Translations under genes and position numbers: made by a program
In this document: positions 38,106-49,751 of the stretch, one piece after another
Numbering within the stretch: position 1 is the first letter of the stretch
Layout: each line of letters opens with the position of its first letter
The notes under the pieces: model-generated
Database searches by the model: none
What the model was told of the DNA's origin: nothing
What the model saw: the letters and a program-made list of their open reading frames with translations, nothing else
From: Bugula neritina
Taxonomy: Eukaryota > Animalia > Bryozoa
DNA: 64,000 nucleotides
Assembly: GCA_964035545.1 (NCBI GenBank)
Contig: OZ037765.1
Location: forward strand, 12,286,698 to 12,350,697
Reading direction: 5' to 3'

Positions 38106-38899
38106 TCCATTGACCAATCACATTACAGCTTCCACTTCTCTTTACTAATGTGCCTCACAATATTAAGATTTGCACATTTGCCATGAATAAATGCCTGAAT
38201 AAATGACAGCTACATTTAATAAAATCATATTACATTGTTTTGAAAATAAGTTACCTAGCATTAGCCAGGTTGCAAATGAACATGCTTTCATGCCATAATA
38301 GGTGTCAAGAGTGTTCAAACTTTTGTCAACAGTAGAGAACCTGTTGACTCAGTTACACTAAATCATGTTAAAAGTTTAATAACAGGTATGTTTACAAAAC
38401 ATTCACACCGTAATTCACAATTAGATTATATATGAGTCATATCATTTGTGTTAGTCTTGCAACAGGACTTAACATATGTGTTCCAGTATACTCCTTATGG
38501 TTGCTTATTAATGTTAGTTATAAGCAAAACAGTGATAATACTTATGCATGTTGAAACTGTAGTCTAGCAATGTGATCCACGCACTGAGGTACATAATTTT
38601 CAACTTCATTATAACTGTGTAGTTACAGGTTTATATAATTATAGCTTTTACAACCAATAATAAAGGATCGGTAACCTGACAAAAACATATCCTGGCATTA
38701 ATATATGCAATTTAGTTTTCAGCATTTAAAGCAACTGCCAGCGTTTAAATATGAGATACATAAGTTAAATCGCCAAGTGGTAATGATTTAATAGACACAG
38801 CGTTATAATGGAAAATCTAGGATTCACCTATAGATACAGCATAAATTCATTGCTCATAGATTTAAAGACGAGATACTTAGACTAAAAAGATTTAAAGGC

Positions 38900-39935
38900 T
38901 ATTCTAATTTATATTCTGTGGCTCAACCAAATTACTCATTACTCATTAGCCTTACACTTACTCTTGTGCTCTTATACTTACTAATTTTCCCTTGTGGTAT
39001 TCACTCTTTCAATTTGGGTATTGATTTTTTATTTTACTTCAATTATCAATCATTATTCAGCTATAATAATAATCGTAATGATAATGTAAAGATTATATTT
39101 AATAATTCTTTCATTGAACTTGAATGTTATAAATAATAGTTATTGTTATTTATATTATAATTAAAATAACAATAACTATTAGTATTATTTATAACAAAAT
39201 TATAAATTATCATAGTGGACAATTATAGTTACGAAAATAAAATTTTTTAGATAAAAACTGCACCGAAAGCATCACAATCAAATTGAAATTGAATTTGATT
39301 ATCACTATATTCTAATTTATAATTATTCTATTCATGATTCAATAGTCACTATTGTGATCTATGACATTGAGTTTGACAATCACTATTAGTATCAGTATCA
39401 CACTTACAGATCACTATCAGCGTGATTGATATTGAGTTAACAATAATTATTAGTAATAATTATAGTGATACTTACCAAGTTTAATAAACTTAAAGTAATA
39501 TTCTTATTCTTAATCATAATCACTGTAATGACTAAACCACTCAGATAACTTAAAGTTAAATCAGTCAATGCACCTAGCTTTGCTACATGTACGTGAACAT
39601 CAATTGTCAACATGAGCATCAAAATGCAAGTCAATGTGAATGTTATTATTTTTAATTTACTCGAGTCGGCTCCTCAATTTTAAACTCAAACTCAAAGTTG
39701 AAGTCAATTCAGATTCTCAAGCCAGTCCGAGTCAAGACTCAAGAGATTGACTTTGACTCTCACTCTTAGTCTTTGAGTTTGAGGGACTTGGAATTAAAGG
39801 GTAGTACTAGTTGGATGGACAATGGCTAGATTTGGCCAGCCATTGCATAGATTTACTGTAAATTAAAATTTGCTAATATTACTTCTATTATTTAAACGAC
39901 AATACCAATGGGCAATGGCTGTTATATTATTATTA
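38900..39935. repeat. Cryptic ~6-bp periodic tract (T3), upstream of the AKTIP coding region
   Basis: Examples: actcattactcattag, aaactcaaactcaaagttgaagtcaa, ttgactttgactctcactctt, attgaaattgaatttga. Confidence 0.6.
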
Positions 39936-39939
39936 TTAT

Positions 39940-40150
39940 TGCCAGAATGAACACCTACCAATATGAATACTAATTTTAGGGTTTTCGCTGAAACGGAAAT
40001 GGAGCCGATGCGTATACCGCCTCTTTATTCCAAGAGTGGACAACGTTGAATAGAGAGTGCAATTCTAAAACATTTACAGTGACTTTCGTAGTGCCCATAG
40101 TGACAGTAGACTGTAGAGCCAAGAGTACAAACTAGCATACCGCCTACTGA
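39940..40150. promoter_or_regulatory. Putative bidirectional promoter island (AKTIP / ALG2)
   Basis: Short island with clustered CpGs and an ETS-like CGGAAAT (~39994), between two periodic tracts and between divergent housekeeping genes. Inference only. Confidence 0.4.
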
Positions 40151-40154
40151 TACC

Positions 40155-41064
40155 AACATCATAATCAGAATGATAATGATCATCATAATGATAGATGTTA
40201 AATACAGTAAATGTCTTCATGCTCTCTGTGCACTAAAACTAAGGTTCACACAATCACAGTACCTATAACTATAAGTATAAGTTAAAGTTAAACTATAAGT
40301 ATAAGTATATTATTATTATTATTATTATTATTATAATTAATATTATTTTGAAGATATTATTTTAATTTTATCATTATCATTATGTTAACACTTAATGTAC
40401 TTGTAGCATCTGTAAATTAAAAATCAAACTTTTAATATTAGTATTACATTAACCAACAGTAACACTAACTAAGACTAAGTCAGTAAGTGCAACATTTAGT
40501 GATTTACATTAGCAATTACATTTACTATTACTATTACTATAGTATCACTATTAGTATTAGTATTACTATTACTATTAGAGTATTAATTTTGCACTTATGA
40601 CTTAGTCTTACACTTACAGCATGAGTATTACTATTAGTATTAGCATTACTATTAGTCTTAGTATTACTGAAAGTAAAAGTAAAACCTTGTAGTTGTACAA
40701 AAATAAACATGTACTACTAGTACTATTACTAATGCTGTATTACTATTAGAAATAGTAATTTTAATACTTATAGTTATAGTTATTACTATTAGTTATGCTT
40801 ATAGTAATAGTTATACTTTATCTTATAGTTATACTTATAGTTATAGTTATAGGCTATAGCTATAGTTATAGTAGTAGTTAAAGTTAATATTTATGTTATA
40901 CTATTAATATTACTATTAGTATTAGTATTACTAATAGTAATACTAATTATTATTATCAGTACCAGTATGTCTATTACGAAAGTCATAGTTTACTGAGTTT
41001 GATGGTGATTGTATATTAATATTGATATTAGTATTACTATTAGTATAAGTATAACTATAACTAT
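40155..41064. repeat. Cryptic ~6-bp periodic tract (T4a; continues after the retroelement insertion as T4b)
   Basis: Examples: ataactataagtataagttaaagttaaactataagtataagt, attagtattagtattactattact, ttatagttatacttatagttatag. Confidence 0.75.
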
Positions 41065-41626
41065 GGTCACCTTTCACCGCCGTGATCCTGCACGGGTGGC
41101 GGGTCTTTGCTTGATAATAAGTTCCACTAGACTTTTCTATCGCACTCAATCTTCAGCATCTGTACCATCTAGATCAAGCCTTCTAAGGTCTTAGTTTACT
41201 GTGTCACACCATCTTTGCTTTGGTCTACCCCTAGGTCAAACTCTTTAAACTGTGATCTTTGACACTCTTCGGATGTCATCCTCACTTTCTTTCCGTCTAA
41301 CATGCCCATACCACTGCATTCGTTTTTTCCTCATCAGGTCTTTGATCAACATCACTCTGGCCTCTGCTGTTATTTCCTCATTTGGCTTATGATCCTCTAA
41401 ACTGACATTCAAGCAGTATCGCAACATGCGCATCTCACATTTTATCAGCCAGAAATCTTGTGATGGGCCATGTCCCATTTCCGTATAGCAGGGCTGGTCT
41501 GATAGCTATTTTATAAGTCAGCACTTTCAATTTTGTGGGAATTTCCTTGTCACAGAGCACACCAGACAGCTCTCCACTTATTCCAAGCCTTGGATATTCT
41601 TCGCTCAACCTCCCTCCTGTAGCCTC

Positions 41627-44600
41627 TGTCACAAAACTGTTGGTAGCAGTGTGACGAGTTCGAAAAGTCTGGTAGTCAGAAGTATAGAGACAAGTAGCAT
41701 ACAGCTTGCTAATCCAGTTGAGAGTAAATAGAGTAGACTTTATTTCTTCAGTAAGATATGCACAGATGAACTTATAAGAGTGAACTCCAAGAATGAACTG
41801 ATTCGTAAACACAACTGCCTCAGTATTTATAGTAAACAAAACACTCTAGAACATTCTCAAGCATTCCAGTATAGAATATTCTAGTAGAAAACATTCCCCA
41901 CATGCCAATACTATTTATAGAAAATCAAAACAAAACAAAACATTGGAATTTCCATGGTTATTCGCAATTATTGCGCAACACCTTGTTTACATTGCTGGGC
42001 AGTAGTTAACATGACTAATGAAAACAATAACAATGAACAATGACCCATCTCTTTGATCAGTCTAGAACATTTATGAACATTCGTGTATAATCATTAGGAA
42101 AAACCCGGTAAGTCTATTTATAGGTATATGTACACTCAGAATTTGTGACAACCCCCCATTCTAAGAGAAATTATCTTGATCATTTCTCCTAACTACTTAA
42201 AATTCTGAGTCAATTCGGCTTAGATAATCAGCTCCAACATTGTCCTTTTCTTGGATTGACTCCACCTTGATTCTGAAGTCCTGTAAATACATAGCCCATC
42301 TCATCACTCTGCTGTTTCTTACTGTACAGGTCCAACAAATCATCTTGGCATTCTTCTCTTTCCTTATTGTGATCAATAATTCCAGCACCAGCAGCATCTA
42401 GAGTCATCACAGCTCCAACAGTCATAGAGTCGGTAGGCGTCTCCCGCTCAAAATACTTCTTCAGCATGTTGGCATGGTATGTTCTCCTCTTGCCTCTAAT
42501 GTTGATAATGTAGTCATTCAGTCTGACTTTCTCCTCAATATTGAATGGTCCTTGCCAATGCATCAGCAATTTATTTCCATCCGTAGGTAGAAGAATGAGC
42601 ACTTTGTCACCAGGTCTGAAGTCTCTCTGCTTAGCTTTCTTGACAAAATAGTGTTTGTATCTTTTTTGACTGTCTTTTAGCGAAGCTAGTGCCATTTCCA
42701 TCATGTCATCTAAACGCTCTCTCAATTCAAAAACATGTTGATAGCAGGTCTTGACTTCATCGGCAGTGTCTTCTTTTGTCCAAAGTTGTCGCAGGATGTA
42801 CATTGGTCCACGCACAGTTCTTCCATAGAGTAACTCGAATGGGGCGAAGCCTGTTGATTCCTGTGGGACTTCTCTATATGCAAATAGAGCCGCATTGATG
42901 AACCGATGCCACTGTCTTGGCTCTTTAGCACACAACTTTTTTAACATACTCTTGAGGGTTCCGTTGAACTTTTCCACAAGTCCATTGGCCATTGCATGGT
43001 ACGGTGAGGTAGGAAGTTGCCGCATGTCAAGTAATCTGGTAAACTCTTTCATGTAGTCCGAGATGAATTGAGTTCCTTGATCGCTTATCACCTCCTCTGG
43101 TATCCCAACACGACTGTATATGTCAAGCAGCGCTTCAGCTACAGTAGCTGAGTCAATGTTCTTCAATGGTGTAGCTTCAGGATATCTTGTAGCATAGTCA
43201 ACTAAAGTTAGGATGTAGCGGTGTCCTTTCTCACTTGGAGGGTTAATTGGTCCGACTAGGTCTATTGCACATCTCTTGAATGGGGTGTCAATTAGTGGAG
43301 TTTCCGGTACTGGAACTTTCATGACTGAGCCTTTTTTCACCGTCTTCTGGCAAATGTCACATGATTGACAGAAACGTACGACATCTCCGTTTAGTCCTGG
43401 CCAGAAGAAGTTGGAAAGCACTCTATCAGTGGTTTTCTTTACTCCTAGGTGTCCGCTCATTATGCAGTCATGAGCTTTCTGTAGAACTTCCTTCCTCAGT
43501 GAACTGGGTACCATGAGTTGTTTAACAGGTTTTACACTGACAGACTTCGAGTCGGTGTACTCACGGTACAGGATCTTATTCCTCACCACAAACCTAGTGG
43601 TGCATCCCTTTTTCTCCTTCACTTCTTTTGCATCGAAGAAATGCTCCAATGTGGGGTCATCCCTCTGCAGTCTGGCTATTTCATCTTTCCCTATACTTAA
43701 TGGGTTAGCATTTGAAGAAATCATCAGTGGATTGTCTCCTGACTTCTGCTTGACAGCTTGAGCTCTTGTGGTTACGGCGCAGTCCTTCCAGTTTTCCAGC
43801 GGCTGGTCAGCTGATCTCGCTCCATCCACATTCCCAATAAGCAGGTCACAAATCGTCTTGTCCATTACTGCAGCTTTGACGACACCATTGTAAAAGGGTG
43901 AGCGTACTGAGATAAGTGCCCACTGAGCCTCCCTAACACTTGCATCAGCCATATTCAGATAAACTGATTCTCCAGTTAAGTGTTGAGGTTGCACATACTT
44001 TGCATTGACTACAATGCAACCACAGCCAGTGTCGCGCATTACAGTAGCTCGTTGGCCATTAACTTCCGCATCAAATATCGCTGTGCCCCCATCTTTGAAT
44101 TTAGGTCCATTCTTGCAGACAGCAGCGTTGATAAACTTTTTACCATTAACTGTGATTTCCGTAGGTTCTTCCACTTTAGATGAGATTCCTGGATCTGTGA
44201 CCACAGTCTTATTCTGAGTAGTCGCTATTGCAGCAGCAGCATGCACTGACCTCCCACCATACTTTCTGCAGTCGGAAGTATTGTGGTTGTTCATCTTGCA
44301 ATGTGAACAGTGCTTCTTCCCTTGCCGTGGGCAGTTACGAGCAATGTGCGACTTATCTTTGCAGATGAAGCATGCACCATCGCTTTTACTTCCTTGTTCA
44401 GCATCCATGCTATCGGCAGGCGCGTTTTCCATCCTTTTTGTATTAGTTTTCTTTGTCTTTGCTAGTTTCCTTCCACGAGCGTGCAAGAACAGTGACGCTG
44501 CATCACACATATCCTCACTGCTGTTGTAGGAACTTTGCTTTAAATGCACAGCTAGGTCGTCTGGGCATGATGATATAAATTGTTCAGTCGCCACTAGTTT

Positions 44601-45970
44601 GGCTATGTCCATGCCCCCTGAAAGTTCTACCCACTTGTGCACATAAGTTTCTATCCTAGTGAATAGTTGGGCAGGAGTTTCATCCTCGTAAGCTTCTGCC
44701 TCTCTGAGCTTTTTTCTGTAGCCCTCTTGAGTCAAGTTAAAGCGCTCCAACAAGGCTTCTTTGACTTTTTTATAATCTCTACGGTCGGTAGGTGATAACC
44801 GGATGTAAGCTTCTGTTGCTGTACCCCTTAGGTACTGACTGAGATGGTAGGACCAATCTCCCTTGTCCCAGTTACATCCTTCGGCAACCCACTCGAACCG
44901 CTCTAAATAGCTATCCATTTCATCCACCTTCTCATCAAAGAATGGTATTTTTGGTTTTGGTTTGTTAGCTATTTCTAACCTGGTGCTCTCATGTCTTGAG
45001 TGCTCCAAACTTGTGTTAGCTTTCAGCTTTTCCATATCTAATTCATGTTGTTGTCTTCTCTCTTCTGCCTCCTGGTCAGCTTTTATCTTGAGTGCCATTG
45101 TCTCCTGATCAGCTTTAACCTTGAATGCCGTTGCCTCCTGATCAGCTTTTATCTTCATCTCCATTAAGGCTTTCTCATTCTCTTGCCTGATCTTTTCTGC
45201 CTCACGCTCTAATCTACGTTCCTCTCGGTCCTTTTCTTTTTCTTCTTGTGCAGCAACAATGGGTAGGTTCTTTTCAACAAAAGCTATGAGCTTGTCCTCC
45301 ACCAACCCAAGGTCTTTACCCATCTGTGTCACTCTCTCCAACAACGCCATAATGTCTCAACAACTGTTAATTAATCCTGTGTATACTCACGTTGTAACTA
45401 ATAACTTCCCTGTGTGCGACTGAGACTTCCCGGAGCAGCCCCCAATTGTCACAAAACTGTTGGTAGCAGTGTGACGAGTTCGAAAAGTCTGGTAGTCAGA
45501 AGTATAGAGACAAGTAGCATACAGCTTGCTAATCCAGTTGAGAGTAAATAGAGTAGACTTTATTTCTTCAGTAAGATATGCACAGATGAACTTATAAGAG
45601 TGAACTCCAAGAATGAACTGATTCGTAAACACAACTGCCTCAGTATTTATAGTAAACAAAACACTCTAGAACATTCTCAAGCATTCCAGTATAGAATATT
45701 CTAGTAGAAAACATTCCCCACATGCCAATACTATTTATAGAAAATCAAAACAAAACAAAACATTGGAATTTCCATGGTTATTCGCAATTATTGCGCAACA
45801 CCTTGTTTACATTGCTGGGCAGTAGTTAACATGACTAATGAAAACAATAACAATGAACAATGACCCATCTCTTTGATCAGTCTAGAACATTTATGAACAT
45901 TCGTGTATAATCATTAGGAAAAACCCGGTAAGTCTATTTATAGGTATATGTACACTCAGAATTTGTGACA
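41627..45970 (-). mobile_element. Gypsy LTR retrotransposon, Gmr1-type domain order, RT/RNaseH deleted
   Basis: Two 524-bp LTRs (41627-42150, 45447-45970) with TG..CA ends, identical by eye; 5-bp TSD GCCTC; tRNA-Pro-like PBS TGGGGGCTGCTCCGGGA (~45445-45429); polypurine tract adjacent to 42151. Confidence 0.97.
42228..45350 (-). CDS. Gag-protease-integrase polyprotein (1040 aa; no RT)
   Basis: SCAN-like gag, two CCHC knuckles, protease RDTGC, integrase H2C2 zinc finger (H..GHLG..C..C), rve core (AIDLVGP, SDQGTQF, NGLVEKFN) and GPF/GPY region. An out-of-frame RNaseH C-terminal remnant (RVMRWAMYLQDF..NVGADYLSR) follows at ~42320-42197. Confidence 0.93.
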   Translation of the reverse strand: MALLERVTQMGKDLGLVEDKLIAFVEKNLPIVAAQEEKEKDREERRLEREAEKIRQENEKALMEMKIKADQEATAFKVKADQETMALKIKADQEAEERRQQHELDMEKLKANTSLEHSRHESTRLEIANKPKPKIPFFDEKVDEMDSYLERFEWVAEGCNWDKGDWSYHLSQYLRGTATEAYIRLSPTDRRDYKKVKEALLERFNLTQEGYRKKLREAEAYEDETPAQLFTRIETYVHKWVELSGGMDIAKLVATEQFISSCPDDLAVHLKQSSYNSSEDMCDAASLFLHARGRKLAKTKKTNTKRMENAPADSMDAEQGSKSDGACFICKDKSHIARNCPRQGKKHCSHCKMNNHNTSDCRKYGGRSVHAAAAIATTQNKTVVTDPGISSKVEEPTEITVNGKKFINAAVCKNGPKFKDGGTAIFDAEVNGQRATVMRDTGCGCIVVNAKYVQPQHLTGESVYLNMADASVREAQWALISVRSPFYNGVVKAAVMDKTICDLLIGNVDGARSADQPLENWKDCAVTTRAQAVKQKSGDNPLMISSNANPLSIGKDEIARLQRDDPTLEHFFDAKEVKEKKGCTTRFVVRNKILYREYTDSKSVSVKPVKQLMVPSSLRKEVLQKAHDCIMSGHLGVKKTTDRVLSNFFWPGLNGDVVRFCQSCDICQKTVKKGSVMKVPVPETPLIDTPFKRCAIDLVGPINPPSEKGHRYILTLVDYATRYPEATPLKNIDSATVAEALLDIYSRVGIPEEVISDQGTQFISDYMKEFTRLLDMRQLPTSPYHAMANGLVEKFNGTLKSMLKKLCAKEPRQWHRFINAALFAYREVPQESTGFAPFELLYGRTVRGPMYILRQLWTKEDTADEVKTCYQHVFELRERLDDMMEMALASLKDSQKRYKHYFVKKAKQRDFRPGDKVLILLPTDGNKLLMHWQGPFNIEEKVRLNDYIINIRGKRRTYHANMLKKYFERETPTDSMTVGAVMTLDAAGAGIIDHNKEREECQDDLLDLYSKKQQSDEMGYVFTGLQNQGGVNPRKGQCWS

Positions 45971-46474
45971 GCCTCCATCTTGGTGGATTGTTGTGCCCAA
46001 GTACTAGAATTGGGAACACTTGGGCAGGCTTTTCATTTCTTGACTACCATACTTTTTCATCCTGATGTTTTCTTGGTCTCCAACTGCTGGCAAATGTCTG
46101 TTTTCTTTCGGCTTATCTTTAATCCTGCTGCCTCTATTTCTCTCTCCAGATCTCTAACCTTCATTCTAATCTCTTTCTATTACTATCGCAAAAGACCAGA
46201 TCATCAGCAAATAGCATTGCCTATGGGCTGTCCTCGTTGATGTCTTCTGCTAAAACATCCATAATTATAATAAATAGCAGCGGGCTTAGTGCCGATCTCT
46301 GATGAACTATAACTTCAATTTAGATTTTGCTTGTCTATTGGTTTTCAAGCATATTGGTTTGGGGCTGTGGTGTTTTACCGGCTGGATGCTTTTCCTGTCA
46401 CTGAACCCTTTGTCTTTATCCGGGCTTGTAACCGGCTGAGTTTTACACTGGCTTGCGCACTCCTCGGGCCACAT

Positions 46475-47260
46475 TAAGTATAACTATAACTATGTCTATA
46501 TTCTAATTCTAATGCCAATGGTAATATAAATAATAATAGTAAATGTAATGCAAATAATTATACTATTTATTACTAATAGTTATAGTATCAATAATAACAA
46601 TAACTATAAGTATAATTTTAAGTTATGCTATAACTATAAGGATAACTATTAGTAATAGTATTATCACTACATCTAATGATAATAATATTAATATTACTAT
46701 CAGATAAACTTAAAGATTAAGTTTAACTAGTAACTACATCTATAAGTTATACTAAAAGTACACTTACAAGTATAATTATTAACTGAAACTATTTTATTAA
46801 TACCTAATAGTTGATACTATAAGATTAAGTATAAGTATACAGTCTCAGTATGAGTACCTATACTATATGTAGTCGGTATAAGATTGAGTTTTGGTATAAA
46901 AGTGTAACTATTACTATAAGTATAACTAAGAGTGATACTTATACTATCATCATTGGCATAACATCAACTTTAAGTTTAGCCTAACTCGTAAGTCATAAGT
47001 TTTAGTCTAACTTAAAGGTAATACTTATATGGATATCTAAGAATAACTTCAAGTATTACATTTAGTTCTACTATTACTATTAGTAGTACTCATATTAATA
47101 TTGCGTAAAGATAATAATTTGAATTCCAATAGTAATACTAATAACTAATAAGTAATATTATAACTACTAGTATTAGTAACACTAATACTTACCTTGTTGA
47201 TAATAACCCTTGGATAAAAATTATTTAAATTACTAATTTTTAATAATTATAATATTAATA
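46475..47260. repeat. Cryptic ~6-bp periodic tract (T4b), upstream of the ALG2 coding region
   Basis: Examples: attctaattctaatgccaatggtaat, taagattaagtataagtata, ctagtattagtaacactaatact. Confidence 0.65.
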
Positions 47261-47414
47261 TTGGTTTGAAATAAAAGGATATATGTGTTGCAAAATATGC
47301 TATATTTATAACTAGTTCAGTAAAATTGAATTTATCAAGTTTTTTTCTAACTTAATGTTTTAACACTTGCATAAATATTTACTCTGGTTTTTACAATCTT
47401 TTAGAGCAGTCAAA

Positions 47415-49751
47415 ATGGTGAATATAGTATTTATCCATCCTGATTTGGGCATTGGTGGAGCAGAAAAATCAATGGTTGATGCTGCATTGGCGTTAAAGAG
47501 TAATGGCCACAACGTAGAGTTTATAACTAGTTATCATAACACTGAACACTGTTTTGATGAAACTAAAGATGGAACTTTTAATGTTACTGTATCTGGAAAC
47601 TGGTTACCACGTCACTTTCTCAGAAAATTCAATGCTTTCTTCGCGTATTTAAGAATGATCTACGCTGCTTTCTATTTAGTCTTCTTCCATCCTCACCCTT
47701 TTGATCTCGTCATATGCGACCAAATTTCAGCCTGCATACCTGTGCTGAGGTTGAGTCATAAGCCTATTGTATTTTATTGTCATTTTCCGGATACACTTTT
47801 GACCCAGAAAAAGACTTTTCTAAAAAGACTTTATCGGTACCCCATAGATTGGTTGGAAGAAGTAACAACTGGTCAAGCTGATAAAATTCTAGTCAACAGT
47901 AACTTTACTGGTAAGTTTTGTGCTGCATGTAAGAGTTTTGAAAAATTATTCATAGATATGGTTTGTATATGTAATATATAATTATTTAGTTTATATAAGT
48001 AATAAGCGTTCAATTTACGCTTCTGTTGTAAAAATTGTATTTTGTTTCACTTAGCAGTTTTCAACATCTTTGTCATAACTTGTTACATTTCAATCTGGTA
48101 AGACGCCATTCTAATAAGAAAACTTATATTTCAAGATCTATTGCATTTCTAAAATCTTTTTCACTCATTACAATGCATGATCTCAAGTTCTACTCCATTG
48201 AATGCGAATCAAAATATTATTTCACTTTAAAATGTTGAATCTTGCTTTATATTATATTTTATTAGAGTTTTTATTTAAATACTAATTTTGTTTTGTTTTT
48301 TGCCATAAAAGAGATTTGCAAATAATATTGAGACTTTTTTTATTTTATAGAATTAAAAAATTTAACTTTTTGATTATTTTAATATTAAACTTTATAAATT
48401 TTAAAACTTAGACATCGACATCAATGATGATTATAATACTCCAACACGTTCAGTCTTAATTAAGTTTCCGTTCTTGTGCTTGCTAACTTATGCCAAGTCA
48501 AATAGAGAATTACACTGTTACACTGCACATAAAGCTGCTTTCTCCTGGTAGAAGACAACTCCGTATAAAAAGCTACAAATGTGACCAATTAAAAGGCTCT
48601 ATGGAATATATCATCTCTTATACTTGGTCACAAAAGTTTATAAAAATCAACTTGATAAGCATCAGTGGTAAATAAGTAACGGGAAACACCACTACAAATT
48701 ATAATAATTTCACTGTTTGTTTCCTGCAGCTGGAGTTGTCAAAGAGACGTTCCAGAGCTTGTCAAAGACAGAACTGGAAGTGCTTTACCCAATTCCTAAC
48801 TTCAAGCCCTTAGACAACCCAGCTGGAGAACTAGATGCCGAGTGGAATATACCTAAAGTGGACACTCTGTTTCTCTCCATCAATCGATATTCAAGGAGTA
48901 AAAATCTTCCTTTAGCCTTGCATGCTTTGGGTAAGTATACTATTGAGGATCAGTAACAGGCAGTAGGCACCACCACCTTACAAATTCTAAAATGTGAGGT
49001 AGTCGCTGTACAGTGAAGTAGCAATAGCTTTTTTTTAAAGTTTATGGGTTAAGTTTAGTGATGAGGAAGATTGCAGGGATTATTTGCAGGACTTTAAAGA
49101 AATTGGTAATAAAATAGGTTCGTAGCTGCATAGTCAACCTGCACTCATGTTATTTCTTATGTAATTTCTATGTTATGCCAACCTTAGATGAAGCCAACCA
49201 TACCTCTTACTGAGTCTGTAATGCTGCCTTGATATTTGTTAGGAATGCTCCAAGACAATCTGGGAGATCTGACAGGAAAGGTTCACCTCGTTATAGCTGG
49301 TGGATACGATGACCGAGTCACTGAAAATGTGGAGCATTATCTGGAGCTAAGGAAGTTAGCTGCGGACCTGAAGCTAGACAATCTCGTTACATTTCTTTGC
49401 TCAGTTAGCGATGACGACAAGCTAGCTCTACTTTCTGCTGCCACCTGTCTGCTGTACACTCCTGATCGGGAGCACTTTGGTATTGTGCCTGTGGAAGCAA
49501 TGTACTTGAGATGCCCTGTTATTGCTGTAAACAGCGGAGGCCCTCTTGAAACTGTAGCTCATGAAGTAACCGGTTATCTATGTGAACAGACAGGAGACGC
49601 CTTTAGCAAAGCCATGAATAGTTTTGTTGAAAATCCCGATTTGAAAACTTCTATGGGAAAAGCCGGAAGAGCTCGAATGATCAATTTATTTTCTTTCGAA
49701 ACTTATTCTAGAGGCCTAAACAGAGTTGTCGATACCTTAGCCACAAAATAA
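47415..49751 (+). CDS. ALG2: Alpha-1,3/1,6-mannosyltransferase ALG2 (exons 47415-47910, 48730-48930, 49243-49751)
   Basis: [80 protein letters not shown]; phase-1 GT-AG introns. Confidence 0.97.

Larger units (their letters stand above)
41065..46474 (-). mobile_element. Internally deleted RTE-clade LINE derivative (~1.06 kb), split by the Gypsy insertion
   Basis: 19-bp TSD TAAGTATAACTATAACTAT (41046-41064, 46475-46493). Decayed RT/C-terminal motifs (HQRSALSPLLFIIIMD, LSGVLCDKEIPTKLK..RPALLYG, EMRMLR..QWYGHVRR); the 5' segment 46350-46474 is non-coding. Confidence 0.85.

Noticed and set aside
40943-41194. Ile/Ser/Thr/Asn alternating ORFs as real proteins
   Set aside because: Translation artefacts of the hexamer-periodic tract plus the RTE 3' end.
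43513-44529. Antisense ORFs within the Gypsy element
   Set aside because: Short shadows of the long opposite-strand ORF with no recognisable motifs.
41435-45659. Duplicated ORF MFTINTEAVV.. as a gene
   Set aside because: Both start inside the identical LTRs; the first merely reads into decayed RTE sequence.
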